Shown here piece by piece: positions 14,251 through 27,300 of a stretch of DNA of 64,000 bases. The notes under the pieces were generated by a model, which had not been told where the DNA came from, did no database searches, and saw only the letters and a list, made by a program, of their open reading frames with translations. The stretch's first letter is position 1; every line of letters starts with the position of its first letter. The position numbers were made by a program, and so were the translations under genes. Source of the stretch: Eledone cirrhosa (lineage: Eukaryota); assembly GCA_964016885.1 (NCBI GenBank), contig OZ024740.1, forward strand, positions 405,294,001-405,358,000. The letters run 5' to 3'.

Positions 14251-14300
14251 CTATGCAAATTAGTCTACCCACTACTAATTTTCATAGAAAAAGCATATAA
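14251..14300 (+). promoter_or_regulatory. Candidate snRNA-type promoter block (octamer 14253-14260, PSE-like segment, TATA-like 14294-14300); recurs at ~14717-14766 and ~13850-13899 (minus)
   Basis: CTATGCAAATT-N14-TAATnTnCATA-N4-AAG-YATATA, with spacing identical to family B. Confidence 0.5.
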
Positions 14301-14345
14301 CGATATGTGCTTTTACAATTCTCCAGAAAGGCCGGTAGATAGGTA

Positions 14346-14390
14346 AATATTGCTGATGAGTTGTAACAACAACGAAACTAGTTCAATATT
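14346..14390 (+). ncRNA. Type I hammerhead ribozyme, intact core, GUU site; extended stem I spans 14318-14413
   Basis: aatattg-CTGATGA-gttgt(aaca)acaac-GAAA-c(ta)g-TT-caatatt; outer pairing attctccagaaag/ctttctggagaat. Confidence 0.92.
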
Positions 14391-14811
14391 CCTTGTCTGG
14401 CTTTCTGGAGAATAGAGGGAAGGTGTTCCCCCGAAAACCAGTATGACTCTAAAAACCGGTTTGTCTGTGTGTTTACATACAGAATAGCTGGGTGCTCACA
14501 GTAAAGCAACCAGTGAAAGACTTGTTACACCTACATATGTATACGTGTGTGTATTCATATACACACTAGTATTTCAGTATGCATATGTAGATGTACATTT
14601 TTAACTTAATTGTTTAAGCGTCAGTCATACAAAAGTGAGTTACAAACGAAATGAAATTTAATTTCGTTTCGTTATTTGTTTTTATCGTCTCCGCTGAACC
14701 GGTGCGTACTCAGACTCTATGCAAATTAGTCTGCCCACTACTAATTTTCATAGAAAAGGCATATAACGATATGTGCTTTTACAATTCTCCAGAAAGGCCG
14801 GTAGATAGGTA

Positions 14812-14856
14812 AATATTGCTCTTGAGTTGTAACAACAACGAAACTAGTTCAATATT
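14812..14856 (+). ncRNA. Hammerhead copy with mutated core (CTGATGA changed to CTCTTGA), probably inactive
   Basis: Otherwise identical to 14346-14390. Confidence 0.8.
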
Positions 14857-15076
14857 CCTTGTCTGGCTTTCTGGAGAATAGAGGGAAGGTGTTCCCCCGA
14901 AAACCAGTATGACTCTAAAACCGGTTTGTCTGTGTGTTTACATACAGAATAGCTGGGTGCTCACAGTAAAGCAACCAGTGAAAGACTTGTTACACCTACA
15001 TATGTATACGTGTGTGTATTCATATACACACTAGTATTTCAGTATGCATATGTAGATGTACATTTTTAACTTAATT

Positions 15077-15114
<38 letters not shown>

Positions 15115-15278
15115 TTATATATATATATATATTCTTATATATATATACTTATATATATATATATATTCTTATATATATATACTTATATATATATATATAT
15201 TCTTATATATATATACTTATATATATATTATATATATATATATACTTATATATACTTATATATATATATATATATTCT

Positions 15279-15381
<103 letters not shown>

Positions 15382-15472
15382 CTTATATATATATACTTAT
15401 ATATATATATATATATACTTATATATATATACTTATTATATATATATATATATATATACTTATATATATATA

Positions 15473-15505
<33 letters not shown>

Positions 15506-15506
15506 T

Positions 15507-15555
<49 letters not shown>

Positions 15556-15556
15556 T

Positions 15557-15866
15557 TCGTTTCTGAATTTGTTTAGCAAGATTCTTTATCTGAAATCGTG
15601 TGTTGAATATGTAGGATAGAAGAAAGGAAAGGCACAGAAACAAAGGAAAGGAATCCCCAGTCACTGAAGAGGTCACAGAGTGTGTGACGAAAGGACTATG
15701 ACTATATATAAACAACTATCTGGTTGTGGAACCAACCAACCAACCAGAAATTTATAAGTTTGTAAATTTGTAAATTTATAAATTTATAAATATATAATAA
15801 ATTGAAGTGAAAGCAACTGGTGCGTGTGTTTCTTATTGGCAACATGACCCTCCCAAAGTATAACAA
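15557..15866 (+). mobile_element. Short HHR-bearing insert (pLTR-like or retrozyme-like, family C) in (TA)n
   Basis: Contains an HHR at 15659-15703. Its end (caacatgaccctcccaaagtataac) resembles window positions 31-55. Confidence 0.65.
15659..15703 (+). ncRNA. Minimal type I hammerhead ribozyme, CUA site
   Basis: agtca-CTGAAGA-g-gtcaca(gagtg)tgtgac-GAAA-g(ga)c-TA-tgact. Confidence 0.78.
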
Positions 15867-15894
15867 TATATATATATATACTTATATATATACA

Positions 15895-15926
<32 letters not shown>

Positions 15927-15999
15927 CTTATATATATATATATACTTATATATATTATATATATACTTATATATATATATATATATATATACATATATA

Positions 16000-16190
<191 letters not shown>

Positions 16191-16238
16191 CTTATATATA
16201 TATATACATATATATATATATACATATATATATATAAC

Positions 16239-16313
<75 letters not shown>

Positions 16314-16431
16314 CTTATATATATATATATATACTTATATATATATATATATATATACTTGTATATATATATATATATACTTATATATATATATATATAT
16401 ATATACTTGTATATATATATATATATATACT

Positions 16432-16475
<44 letters not shown>

Positions 16476-16501
16476 CATATATATATATTATATATATATA
16501 T

Positions 16502-16573
<72 letters not shown>

Positions 16574-16591
16574 CTTATATATATATATACT

Positions 16592-16635
<44 letters not shown>

Positions 16636-16778
16636 ATATATATATATATATATATACTTTATATATATATGTATTATATATATATATATATACTTATATA
16701 TATATATATATATATATATACTTATATATATATATATATATATATATACTTATATATATATATATATATATATATACT

Positions 16779-16864
<86 letters not shown>

Positions 16865-16897
16865 TATATATATATATATATATATAATATATATATA

Positions 16898-16938
<41 letters not shown>

Positions 16939-17023
16939 TTATATATATATAGATATATATAGATATAGATATATATATATATATATGTATATACTTATAT
17001 ATATATAGATATATATAGATATA

Positions 17024-17058
<35 letters not shown>

Positions 17059-17059
17059 G

Positions 17060-17101
<42 letters not shown>

Positions 17102-17202
17102 AGTATATATATATATATATAAGTATATATATATATATATACAAGTATATATATATAAGTATATATTATATATATATAAGTATATATATATATATATACA
17201 AG

Positions 17203-17244
<42 letters not shown>

Positions 17245-17341
17245 AGTATATATATATATATATAAGTATATATATATTATATAAGTATATAATATATATA
17301 TATTATATATATATATATATACTTATATATATATATATACT

Positions 17342-17372
<31 letters not shown>

Positions 17373-17374
17373 GG

Positions 17375-17414
<40 letters not shown>

Positions 17415-17416
17415 CA

Positions 17417-20400
17417 AAATAAATTAAAGCAAATCGAAATTGCTTTTAAATTAATCAATAAACATTTGGATAAACTACGGTGTGTTTTCTCTTCGAATGC
17501 TGTCCAGCAGCAGCAGCAACAACAACAGCAGCTACAACAGCAACAACAACAACAGCTACAACAACAACATCAACAACAGCTACAACATCAACAACAGCAA
17601 CAACGACAACAACAGTGTGAACCACTCCTTGATTCATCAACAATGGCCGATCTACTAAATGAAACTATTGACCCCCCAGTAGCCTCTGTCTCACAGCATG
17701 AAACGCCACATCCTTTCTCTGGCCCAGCAGTCCAATCATCACCACTGCCAACATCTCTGCCTACTACTACTACTACTACTACAACATTTTTGTCTACTGC
17801 TATGTCAAGGAATTTACCTTCTAATACCAGAACAAGAACTCTCCCTCCACAGTCCACAAAGGTCGTCAAATCCTACCAAACCATCATCTACACCTCTCAC
17901 AACACCACACCCACATACCCACCCACTCAAAACCCCATCATTTGCACTACTCTCTACGCTATAGAATATGTACGGATAGTGGCTGCAAATTCACCCATTT
18001 ACCTATGACAAAACGATCTATCCCCACAAATAGCCACCACCATAATACAAACTCTAATTTAACACCAACACAACACCAATAACTCAAACAAGGAATCCAC
18101 AAATCTGCCGTTTTTCCCTGCGAGACAGATTGTGTTTAGACCGGGATTGTCCCTTTACCCATCTCCCCGGGATCCGTCGGATAATGAAAATAAAATTAAA
18201 AATAAAAGCAAAAACAAAAACCATAACCTACATAAAAATAACCACTACCACAGTCACCAACAGTCTTCTAAACAGGAAACTTCTTCCTCTTTTTTAGCCA
18301 TAATGAATCTGGCAAAAGAACTGGAAAAAAACATTCGAGCTATCACCCAGCACCACCCTCCACTATCACCCCACTGCACAAACTCCCATTGCTGCATTAA
18401 CAAACAAACAAATTAACAACACACCAAAACAATTAAAACCATCCACTCTCGCCTCTACATTTTTGCTTAACGCCCAAGGCATCAGCCCTTCCACCAATAC
18501 TCAAAAATGGAAGATCAAATTCCTGAGGACTGGATTGATGTCCATCCAAACCACATCCCTTTCTTCGTCCTCACTGAAACCCATCTCAGTAACCTCCACT
18601 TGGAAGCCGAGGTGAAAGTGAAAAATTTCAAAGCCATCCGTGCTGATCGCGCTGGCAGAAGAAAGGGCGGAACTGCCATTTATGTCCATAATTCTTTCTC
18701 AACAGAGGCTATGAACATATTCACTAATGGATACTGTGAGGCAGTCACTGTATTCAGTCAAACCAACAACCTATTAGTAGTTGGGCTCTATAGGCCACCC
18801 CAAACGCCTGTACCATGCTTCAAGGAATGCCTCAACAGCATAAAGTGTTTCATCCAAGAGTGTCACCCTGACAACATCTTAATGATGGGGGACTTCAACC
18901 TCCCCGGAGTTGACTGGTCCACAAACACCCTGCCACCAGGTTCTTCTGCCTCAACCTCTGACAGGGAAGCTGTGGAATCGCTTCTTGACTTCATGGATGA
19001 TTTCTTCCTATCCCAACTAGTGCTCGAACCAACGAGGTGCCACAAAAACGTCCTAGACTTAATTTTCAGCAATCACACTGACAATATCCACAATATTGCA
19101 GTGGAGAAAACTCTACTCTCTGATCATGACATGGTTCTCTGTGATCTGAGATTCCACCGTCCAATATACAAACCCAATGTCATCTCTCCTGTCCATCCGT
19201 TTGACGCTATGGATTTCCACAATGCAAACTGGGAAGCGATCAGTCATGATCTTGCACATGTCGACTGGTCCTTCACGCACACTCATACACCCACTAACAT
19301 CAAAAAGTCCTGGCAGACATTTGTGGACACTGTTACAAACATATGTGCTAAACACACCCCATTAAGAACTATAAACAAATCTAAGAGCAGAATCCCTAGA
19401 AATAGAAAAACGCTCATCAGAAAAATTAAGAGAACGAACAAAAAAATCAACAAGCTGAAATACTGTCAGCAGCAACACATCAACTTGACTGCCATTTCAT
19501 CACTAGAGATTAAAAAACATAACCTCCAAAACAACATAATGTCCCTCATCAACAATCAGAGAAGAGCTGAAGAGGCCCGGGCCATTGAGAAGATCAAACT
19601 CAATCCCAAAGTGTTCTTTTCATTTGCAAAAAAACACAAAATCACTGGCTCTACTGTTGGCCCTCTAATTGATGAAAATGGCACTCTTCAAGACAATGCT
19701 AAAACCATGGGTGAGATACTGCAGAAACAATACTGCTCTGTTTTCAGCAATCCTGATATGGCCGATCTGGGCTGTATCGGCGATGTTACTCCCCATTACA
19801 CCTTATCGGACATAACGTTTGGCGCCCCTGATGTCTTGGCGACAATAAAGGAAATCAAGCATAATTCAGCAGTAGGTCCCGATAGGTTCCCTGCTTGTGT
19901 CTTGAAGGCGTGTCAACACCAACTTGCTTCTCCTCTTGCCAATCTGTGGCGGAACTCACTGGATGCTGGATATGTGCCAGAAAACCTTCTATCCCAGTCT
20001 GTTGTCCCAGTTTTCAAAAAGGGAAACAAATCCCTTGCCGTGAATTACCGTCCAATCTCACTCACCTCTCATATCATTAAGGTATTTGAGCGAGTGGTGA
20101 GATCGCGAATGACCCACTTCCTTGAGAGTAACAATATGCTGAACTCCAACCAGCATGGATTCCGTAATGGAAGGGATTGCCTGACGCAACTACTGCATCA
20201 CTTTGATGACATTTTGAGAGCCTTGGGAGAGGGTTCCAACACTGATGTTATCTACCTTGATTTCAGCAAGGCCTTTGACAGGGTTGATCATAACATTCTA
20301 CTGAGAAAGCTGTCCAATATTGGTGTCACTGGAAAGCTGCTGCAGTGGATCAAGAGCTTCCTGTCAAACAGAACCCAACATGTTGTAGTTGAGGGAGTCA

Positions 20401-21556
20401 AATCAAGCCCAGCCATAGTCAGTAGTGGAGTCCCACAAGGCACTGTGTTGGGCCCACTTCTCTTCATCATCTATATTAATGACATCACTGACATCATCAA
20501 ACACAGCAACATTAAAATTTGGGCCCACTTCTCTTCATCATCTATATTAATGACATCACTGACATCATCAAACACAGCAACATTAAAATTTTCGCTGATG
20601 ATTCCAAGCTCCAAAAGGTCATCAATGGCGTGGATGACCGGATAAGCCTTCAGTCAGACCTACTGGCTGTTACCCAATGGGCAGAAAAGAACAACATGTT
20701 ACTGAACGAAGACAAATTCGAACTGATCCACTTTGGAAAAGAGGATGCTCTGAAACTCCCGTATTCCCTTCCCTCCGGGGAAACTCTCGTGGCATCTAAC
20801 AACATCAGAGACTTGGGAGTAACCGTGGACAGCAACATAAGCTGGACCACGCATATAAGCAGCAAAGTTGACATGGCCCGCAGAATGTGTTCCTGGATCC
20901 TCAGAACCTTCCAGTCGAGAGATTCCCGCACCATTATCCTTCTCTTCTCTACTTTCGCCCGACCACACCTTGAATACTGTTGTCCACTGTGGTCTCCCCA
21001 CACGAAACAAAGTATCATGAAACTTGAAGCTCCTCAAAGGGCAATCACGAAAAAGATAGATGGCATGTCAGACCTTGACTACTGGGGTCGATTGGAAAAC
21101 CTGAAACTTTACTCACTCCAACGTCGCCGTGAGCGTTATATTATCTGCATGATGTGGAAAATGTTCCATCATCACTGCCCAAATGATGTTGGCATCGCCT
21201 TCAAGATACACCCAAGGCTTGGGCCCCGTGCTATCCGTCCCATTCAAAAATCTAAATCGCAACTCATAACAACAATACAGCACAATTATTTCACCTCAAT
21301 CGGCCCTGCCTCTCTTCAACATCACACCAGGACACGTCAAAACAGAAACTGACCACACAAAATTCAAGAAGTCTTTGGACAAATTCCTCCAAGTAATCCC
21401 GGACAAACCACCCACACCCGGATATGTCTCCGCAAACAGTAATTCTCTTCTCGAATGGGCCATGGAGCCCAAATCCTGAATTGAAAGACTTCGCCAGGTG
21501 GTGCTATTAAGTTAGACATGGCCTGGGCCAATACTGGCCAAAACATTTCAAAGTTA
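17417..21556 (+). mobile_element. Long CR1-group LINE: Q/T-rich ORF1-like region, APE endonuclease plus RT ORF2 (disrupted), 3-prime hairpin
   Basis: ORF 18507-20645 (LTETHL, GLYRPP, MGDFN, LDLIF, SDH, NYRPISLTS, DFSKAFD, GVPQG) continues in 20519-21352 (FADD, LEYCCPLWSP, LYSLQRRR). Confidence 0.93.
18440..21479 (+). pseudogene. CR1 ORF2 (APE-RT) broken by a 71-bp tandem duplication and further frameshifts
   Basis: gggcccacttctc starts at both 20450 and 20521; the frame changes again near 21310. Confidence 0.88.
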
Positions 21557-21621
21557 TAGATATATATATTATATATATATATATAGGTATATATAGATAT
21601 AGATATATATATATATATAGG

Positions 21622-21726
<105 letters not shown>

Positions 21727-21767
21727 GATATATATATATATATATATATATAGGTATATATATATAC

Positions 21768-21877
<110 letters not shown>

Positions 21878-21906
21878 TTATATATATATATATATATATA
21901 TATATA

Positions 21907-21953
<47 letters not shown>

Positions 21954-21998
21954 TTATATATATATATATATACTTATATATATATATATATATATATA

Positions 21999-22168
<170 letters not shown>

Positions 22169-22443
22169 CTTATATATATATATATATATATATATATACT
22201 TATATATATATATATATATATATACTTATATATATATATATATATATATATACTTATATATATATATATATATATATACTTATATATATATATATATATA
22301 GTATATACTTATATATATATATATATATATATACTTATATATATATATATATATATATACTTATATATATATATATATATATATATACTTATATATATAT
22401 ATATATATATATACTTATATATATATATATATATATATATACT

Positions 22444-22513
<70 letters not shown>

Positions 22514-22699
22514 TTATATATATATATATATATATATACTTATATATATATATATATATACTTATATATATATATATATATATATATACTTATATATATA
22601 TATATATATACTTATATATATATATATATATATACTTATATATATATATATATATATACTTATATATATACTATATATATATATATATATATACTTATA

Positions 22700-22731
<32 letters not shown>

Positions 22732-22735
22732 CTTA

Positions 22736-22827
<92 letters not shown>

Positions 22828-22863
22828 CTTATATATATATATATACTTATATATATATATATA

Positions 22864-23052
22864 AGAGGAATTCCAACTTTGTCTGATTTACTCGTTTTAT
22901 TTACAATCCTTTAAAATATATATAATATGGTATTATAATGAAATAGTATGATAGAATATTAAATTCTAAGTGTTAATTGAACAAGTACTTTCATGCTTTC
23001 GCAATCTTCAGGTTCATGATATGTGGTGACAGTCGAGTTTGCAATTTTCAGT
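22864..23052 (-). mobile_element. Penelope-like pLTR fragment (family D) in (TA)n
   Basis: Minimal HHR followed downstream by AAATAAAA (~22895-22902, minus). Confidence 0.65.
22978..23016 (-). ncRNA. Minimal type I hammerhead ribozyme, palindromic AGUACU stem III, CUU site
   Basis: Minus strand: tgaac-CTGAAGA-t-tgc(gaaa)gca-t-GAAA-g(ta)c-TT-gttca. Confidence 0.8.
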
Positions 23053-23197
23053 ATATACTTATATATATATATATATATATATACTTATATATATATATAT
23101 ACTTATATATATATATATACTTATATATATATATATATATATATGTGTATATATATACTTATTTATATATGTATATATATAATTATATATATATATA

Positions 23198-23562
23198 TCA
23201 TCATTTCATCATCATCATTTCCTTTTACGTCCGCTTTTTCCCTGCTTGCAAGGGTGGGACGGGAACTGATGCTGGCTTGATTTCTACAGCTGGATGCCCT
23301 TCCTAACACCAACCTCATTTACAGTGAGTGCCGGGTGCTTTTTGCTGTGGCACCTCCACGACCACTTTACAGTGGAATGATAGGGACTGGGGTCCCTATC
23401 ATTTCACTGTAGAAATTCCATCTCATTTCTACAGCTGAGTAAACTGGAGCAATGTGAAATAAAGTGTCTTGCTCAAGGAAACAACACATCACCCGGTCTG
23501 AGAATTGAACTCACAACCTTTCGATTGCAAGGCCAATGCTCTAACCACTAAGCCATGTGCTT
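23198..23562 (-). mobile_element. tRNA-derived CORE-type SINE with an RTE-like 3-prime tail ending in (GAT)n
   Basis: A box TGGCTTAGTGG, B box GAGTTCAATTC, core ccttgagcaagacactt. The tail shares ggatgcccttcctaacaccaacc with RTE copy 8119-8290. Confidence 0.8.
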
Positions 23563-23912
23563 CCATATATAGGTATATATATATATATAAGTATATATAT
23601 ATATATATATAAGTATATATATATATATATATATATAAGTATATATGTATATATATATATATATATAAGTATATATGTATATATATATATATATATAAGT
23701 ATATATATATAAGTATATATATATAAGTATATATATATAAGTATATATATATATATATATATATATAAGTATATATATATATATATATATATATATAAGT
23801 ATATATATATATATATATATAAGTATATATATATATATAAGTATATATATAAGTATATATATAAGTATATATATAAGTATATATATAAGTATATATATAA
23901 GTATATATATAA

Positions 23913-23951
<39 letters not shown>

Positions 23952-24040
23952 TATATATATATATATATATATAAGTATATATATATATATAAGTATATAT
24001 ATAAGTATATATATAAGTATATATATAAGTATATATATAA

Positions 24041-24075
<35 letters not shown>

Positions 24076-24308
24076 TATATATATATATATATATATATAA
24101 GTATATATATATATATATATATAAGTATATATATATATATATATATAAGTATATATATATATATATATATATAAGTATATATATATATATATATAAGTAT
24201 ATATATATATATATAAGTATATATATATATATATATATAAGTATATATATATATATATAAGTATATATATATATATATATATATAAGTATATATATATAT
24301 ATATATAT

Positions 24309-27300
24309 AAGATCTCGGTCCAGTGACATTGTCTTGGAGAGGTGTAAGTGTGAGAGGTCGGAATTTATCAATTCGTCCCAGGTTTTTCTGGGTCTGCCTA
24401 CTCCGTGGCTACCGTCTATTTTTATAGCCCTGCACTTTTTTATACAGCTGTCGTCTTTCATGCGCATCACGTGACCATACCAACGTAGTCTTCTCTTGAG
24501 TAAACAACATCTGATCCCTCTTATATCTAATTTTTCCTTAGTTCGTTTATGCTTTGCCGTTCACGTATATTACTATTACACATCCAGCGGATCATGCAAG
24601 CTTCGTTCCTCTCCAGTCTACGTATATCCTCTGCACACAATGCCCAGGTTTCACTGCCATGCAACATTGCTGTTCGTATGCAGGCATCATACAGCCTGCC
24701 TTTCATTTTTAGGGAGAACCCTTTAGCGGCTAATAGTGGTATAAGCTCTCTGAACTTTTTCCATCCAGTTCTGACTCTAGCTACTGTACTTTCAGAGCAC
24801 CCTCTCCCACTGCTGATTGTGTCACCCAGGTAACGGAAGCTGTCCACTATTTCTATAGAACCATCTGTGCAATGGAATGAGCCAGTATTCTGTGGGCACT
24901 TGCTGCTACTTATTGCACCAGAGCACCAGCCACATATAAAATCTATGTTCTTAGTTAGCTTACCTGTGATCCCACTACATCTTTTATGCACCCATACTTT
25001 GCATTTGGGACATAAAATGGAGTTTCTACCTACTCCTTTCCTACACACTGAGCATGGCCATTTTGCAGATGGGACCGGCGCCCTATTTTCCTTCCTACAA
25101 ACTAGAACTTTAGTCTTAGACAGGTTAATTTTAAGTCCTTTTGATTCTAGGCCATGCTTCCATGTTTGGAATTTCTTCTCTAGTTTGGCCATTGATTCAG
25201 CTATGAGCGTTAGATCATCTGCGTATAGGAGTTCCCATGGGCAGCCGGTCTTGAACTCCTCTGTTATAGCCTGAAGGGCAATAATAAATAGTAAGGGACT
25301 AAGAAAGGAGCCCTGATGAACACCAACTTTTACGCTAAACTCTTCACTATATTCGTTGTTAATTCTAACCTTGCTGACTGTTTCTTTATACATGGCTTGT
25401 ATAGCTCTCACAAGCCATTCATCAACACCTAGTTTTCTAAGAGCCCACCAGATAATGGAACGGGGGACTCTGTCGAAGGCTTTCTCCAAGTCGACAAAAG
25501 CTAAGTATAGGGGTTTACTTTTAGCTAGGTACTTCTCCCGTAGTTGTCGTACAATGAAAAGAGCGTCTGTGGTACTTTTACCTGACACAAACCCGAACTG
25601 CATTTCATCTAGATCAATTCTCTCTCTGATTAGTTGCGCTATTACTTTTTCTGTGACCTTCATGACCTGGTCGATTAATTTAATGCCTTTATAGTTACTC
25701 CTATCTAGGGCATCTCCTTTACCCTTGTAGCAGTTAATGATGATGCTGCTACGCCAGTCCTTCGGAACAACCCCATTCTGTAAGACTTGGTTTACTATCC
25801 GGCTGACCATGGTGTGTCCCACCGTTCCAGAAGCTTTCAACATTTCGGCAACTATTTCCGAAGGCCCAGCCGCCTTACCCGTCTTCATATCCTTGATTGC
25901 CTTACTTATTATACTACCCTCGACTAACACTGCTGGTCCCTCTATTGGGTCGATGTGGGGGAGACTGTCTTTCTCCCATTTATTCTCCTCATTTAGTAGC
26001 CTTTCATAGTGACACTTCCAAGCTACCTTCTTATCAGCGTCAGTGATGGGAAGTACACCATCATCATTAAGGACCCACTTCTCCCCGACAATATCACGGT
26101 TTTCCTTGACACATTGCCTAGCAATCCTGAACACCTCACGTTTTTGGTCCTCGCGTTGTAGAACATGCTTGAACTTTCTTTCCTCTGTTTCCCTTCTTGC
26201 GAAGTACACTTGTCTCCTAGCTTCCCTCCTGGCCACTTGATAGTCTTCTCTACTTCCCCCATCCCGCCATACTTTCCAAGCCTGCTTTTTGGCCTTAATT
26301 GACTCCTCCACCTTACTGTTCCACCACCACGTTACTCTCCTCCTGCCTATAGGCCTGCTCCAGCCACAGACATCATCTTCTGCCTTCAGCAGGTTAGCTT
26401 TCAGGAATACCCACTGTTCCTCTATATTGTACGACTCTAATTGCTCTTCCTTACTGTCAAAAGCATCAAGTAATATGCTTTTAAATTTATTACTGGCTGT
26501 GGGGTCCTTCAGCTTCCATATTTTTCTCCTGAGGATAGTCCTCCTCTGTTGTCGAGTACATCTTGTCCTGACTACGAGGGCGCTGATTATGAGTCTATGT
26601 TGGGAGGTGTATTCTTCATGGGGGAGGGATTTAGTGTTTACAACAGACACTCTATCACATCTTCTGGTAAGGATATAATCTATCTGACTGGCGTGTTCCC
26701 CTGATCTATAGGTGATCAAGTGATTGTCTCGTTTTTTGAAGTTAGTCTTACAGATAGTTAAGTTATTTGCGTCACAGAATTCCAGGATTCTGGAGCCTTC
26801 CTCATTTCTAGTACCAAACCCATAGCCTCCATGGATTCCATCATAGCCATCACAATGTTGTCCAACATGACACTTTAGGTCGCCAGCAATAATTATGTAG
26901 TCACTGTCGGTTATTTGGGAGGTAGTGAGCATCACTGTCTCATAGAATCTGTCTTTTATAATGCCAGGCAGTCCGGATTGGGGTAGGTACGCAGATATTA
27001 CTGTCACAGTAGTTCTAATTAGGACAAGTCTTATTTTAATTATTCTGTCGTTCACTCTATTTACGTCTATTATCTTATCTACCCATTTTTCTGCTAACAT
27101 GATTCCTACCCCACCCAGCCCATTGTCATTTCCCACCCAGAAAAGCTTATAGCATCGTTTTTTACCCACAATGAATCTAGCAGACCCACCCCTCCAACTG
27201 GTCTCTTGGATACAGCAAACATCAACCTCCTTACGTTCAAGCATTTCTACAACCTCGTCAGAGCGACCTTTTAAGGTGCCTACATTCATGGTACCAACTC

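Larger units (their letters stand above)
13543..15080. mobile_element. Composite family A insertion: inverted ~420-nt copy (13543-13963, minus) joined head-to-head to ~2.4 tandem 466-nt units (13961-15080, plus)
   Basis: ctctaaaa recurs at 13981, 14447 and 14913 (period 466). Both outer ends stop near catttttaactta and run into (TA)n. Confidence 0.93.

Noticed and set aside
13543-15080. CRISPR array or DNA transposon with long TIRs
   Set aside because: There are no unique spacers. The inverted ends come from head-to-head copies of one tandem unit, with no transposase and no definable TSD.
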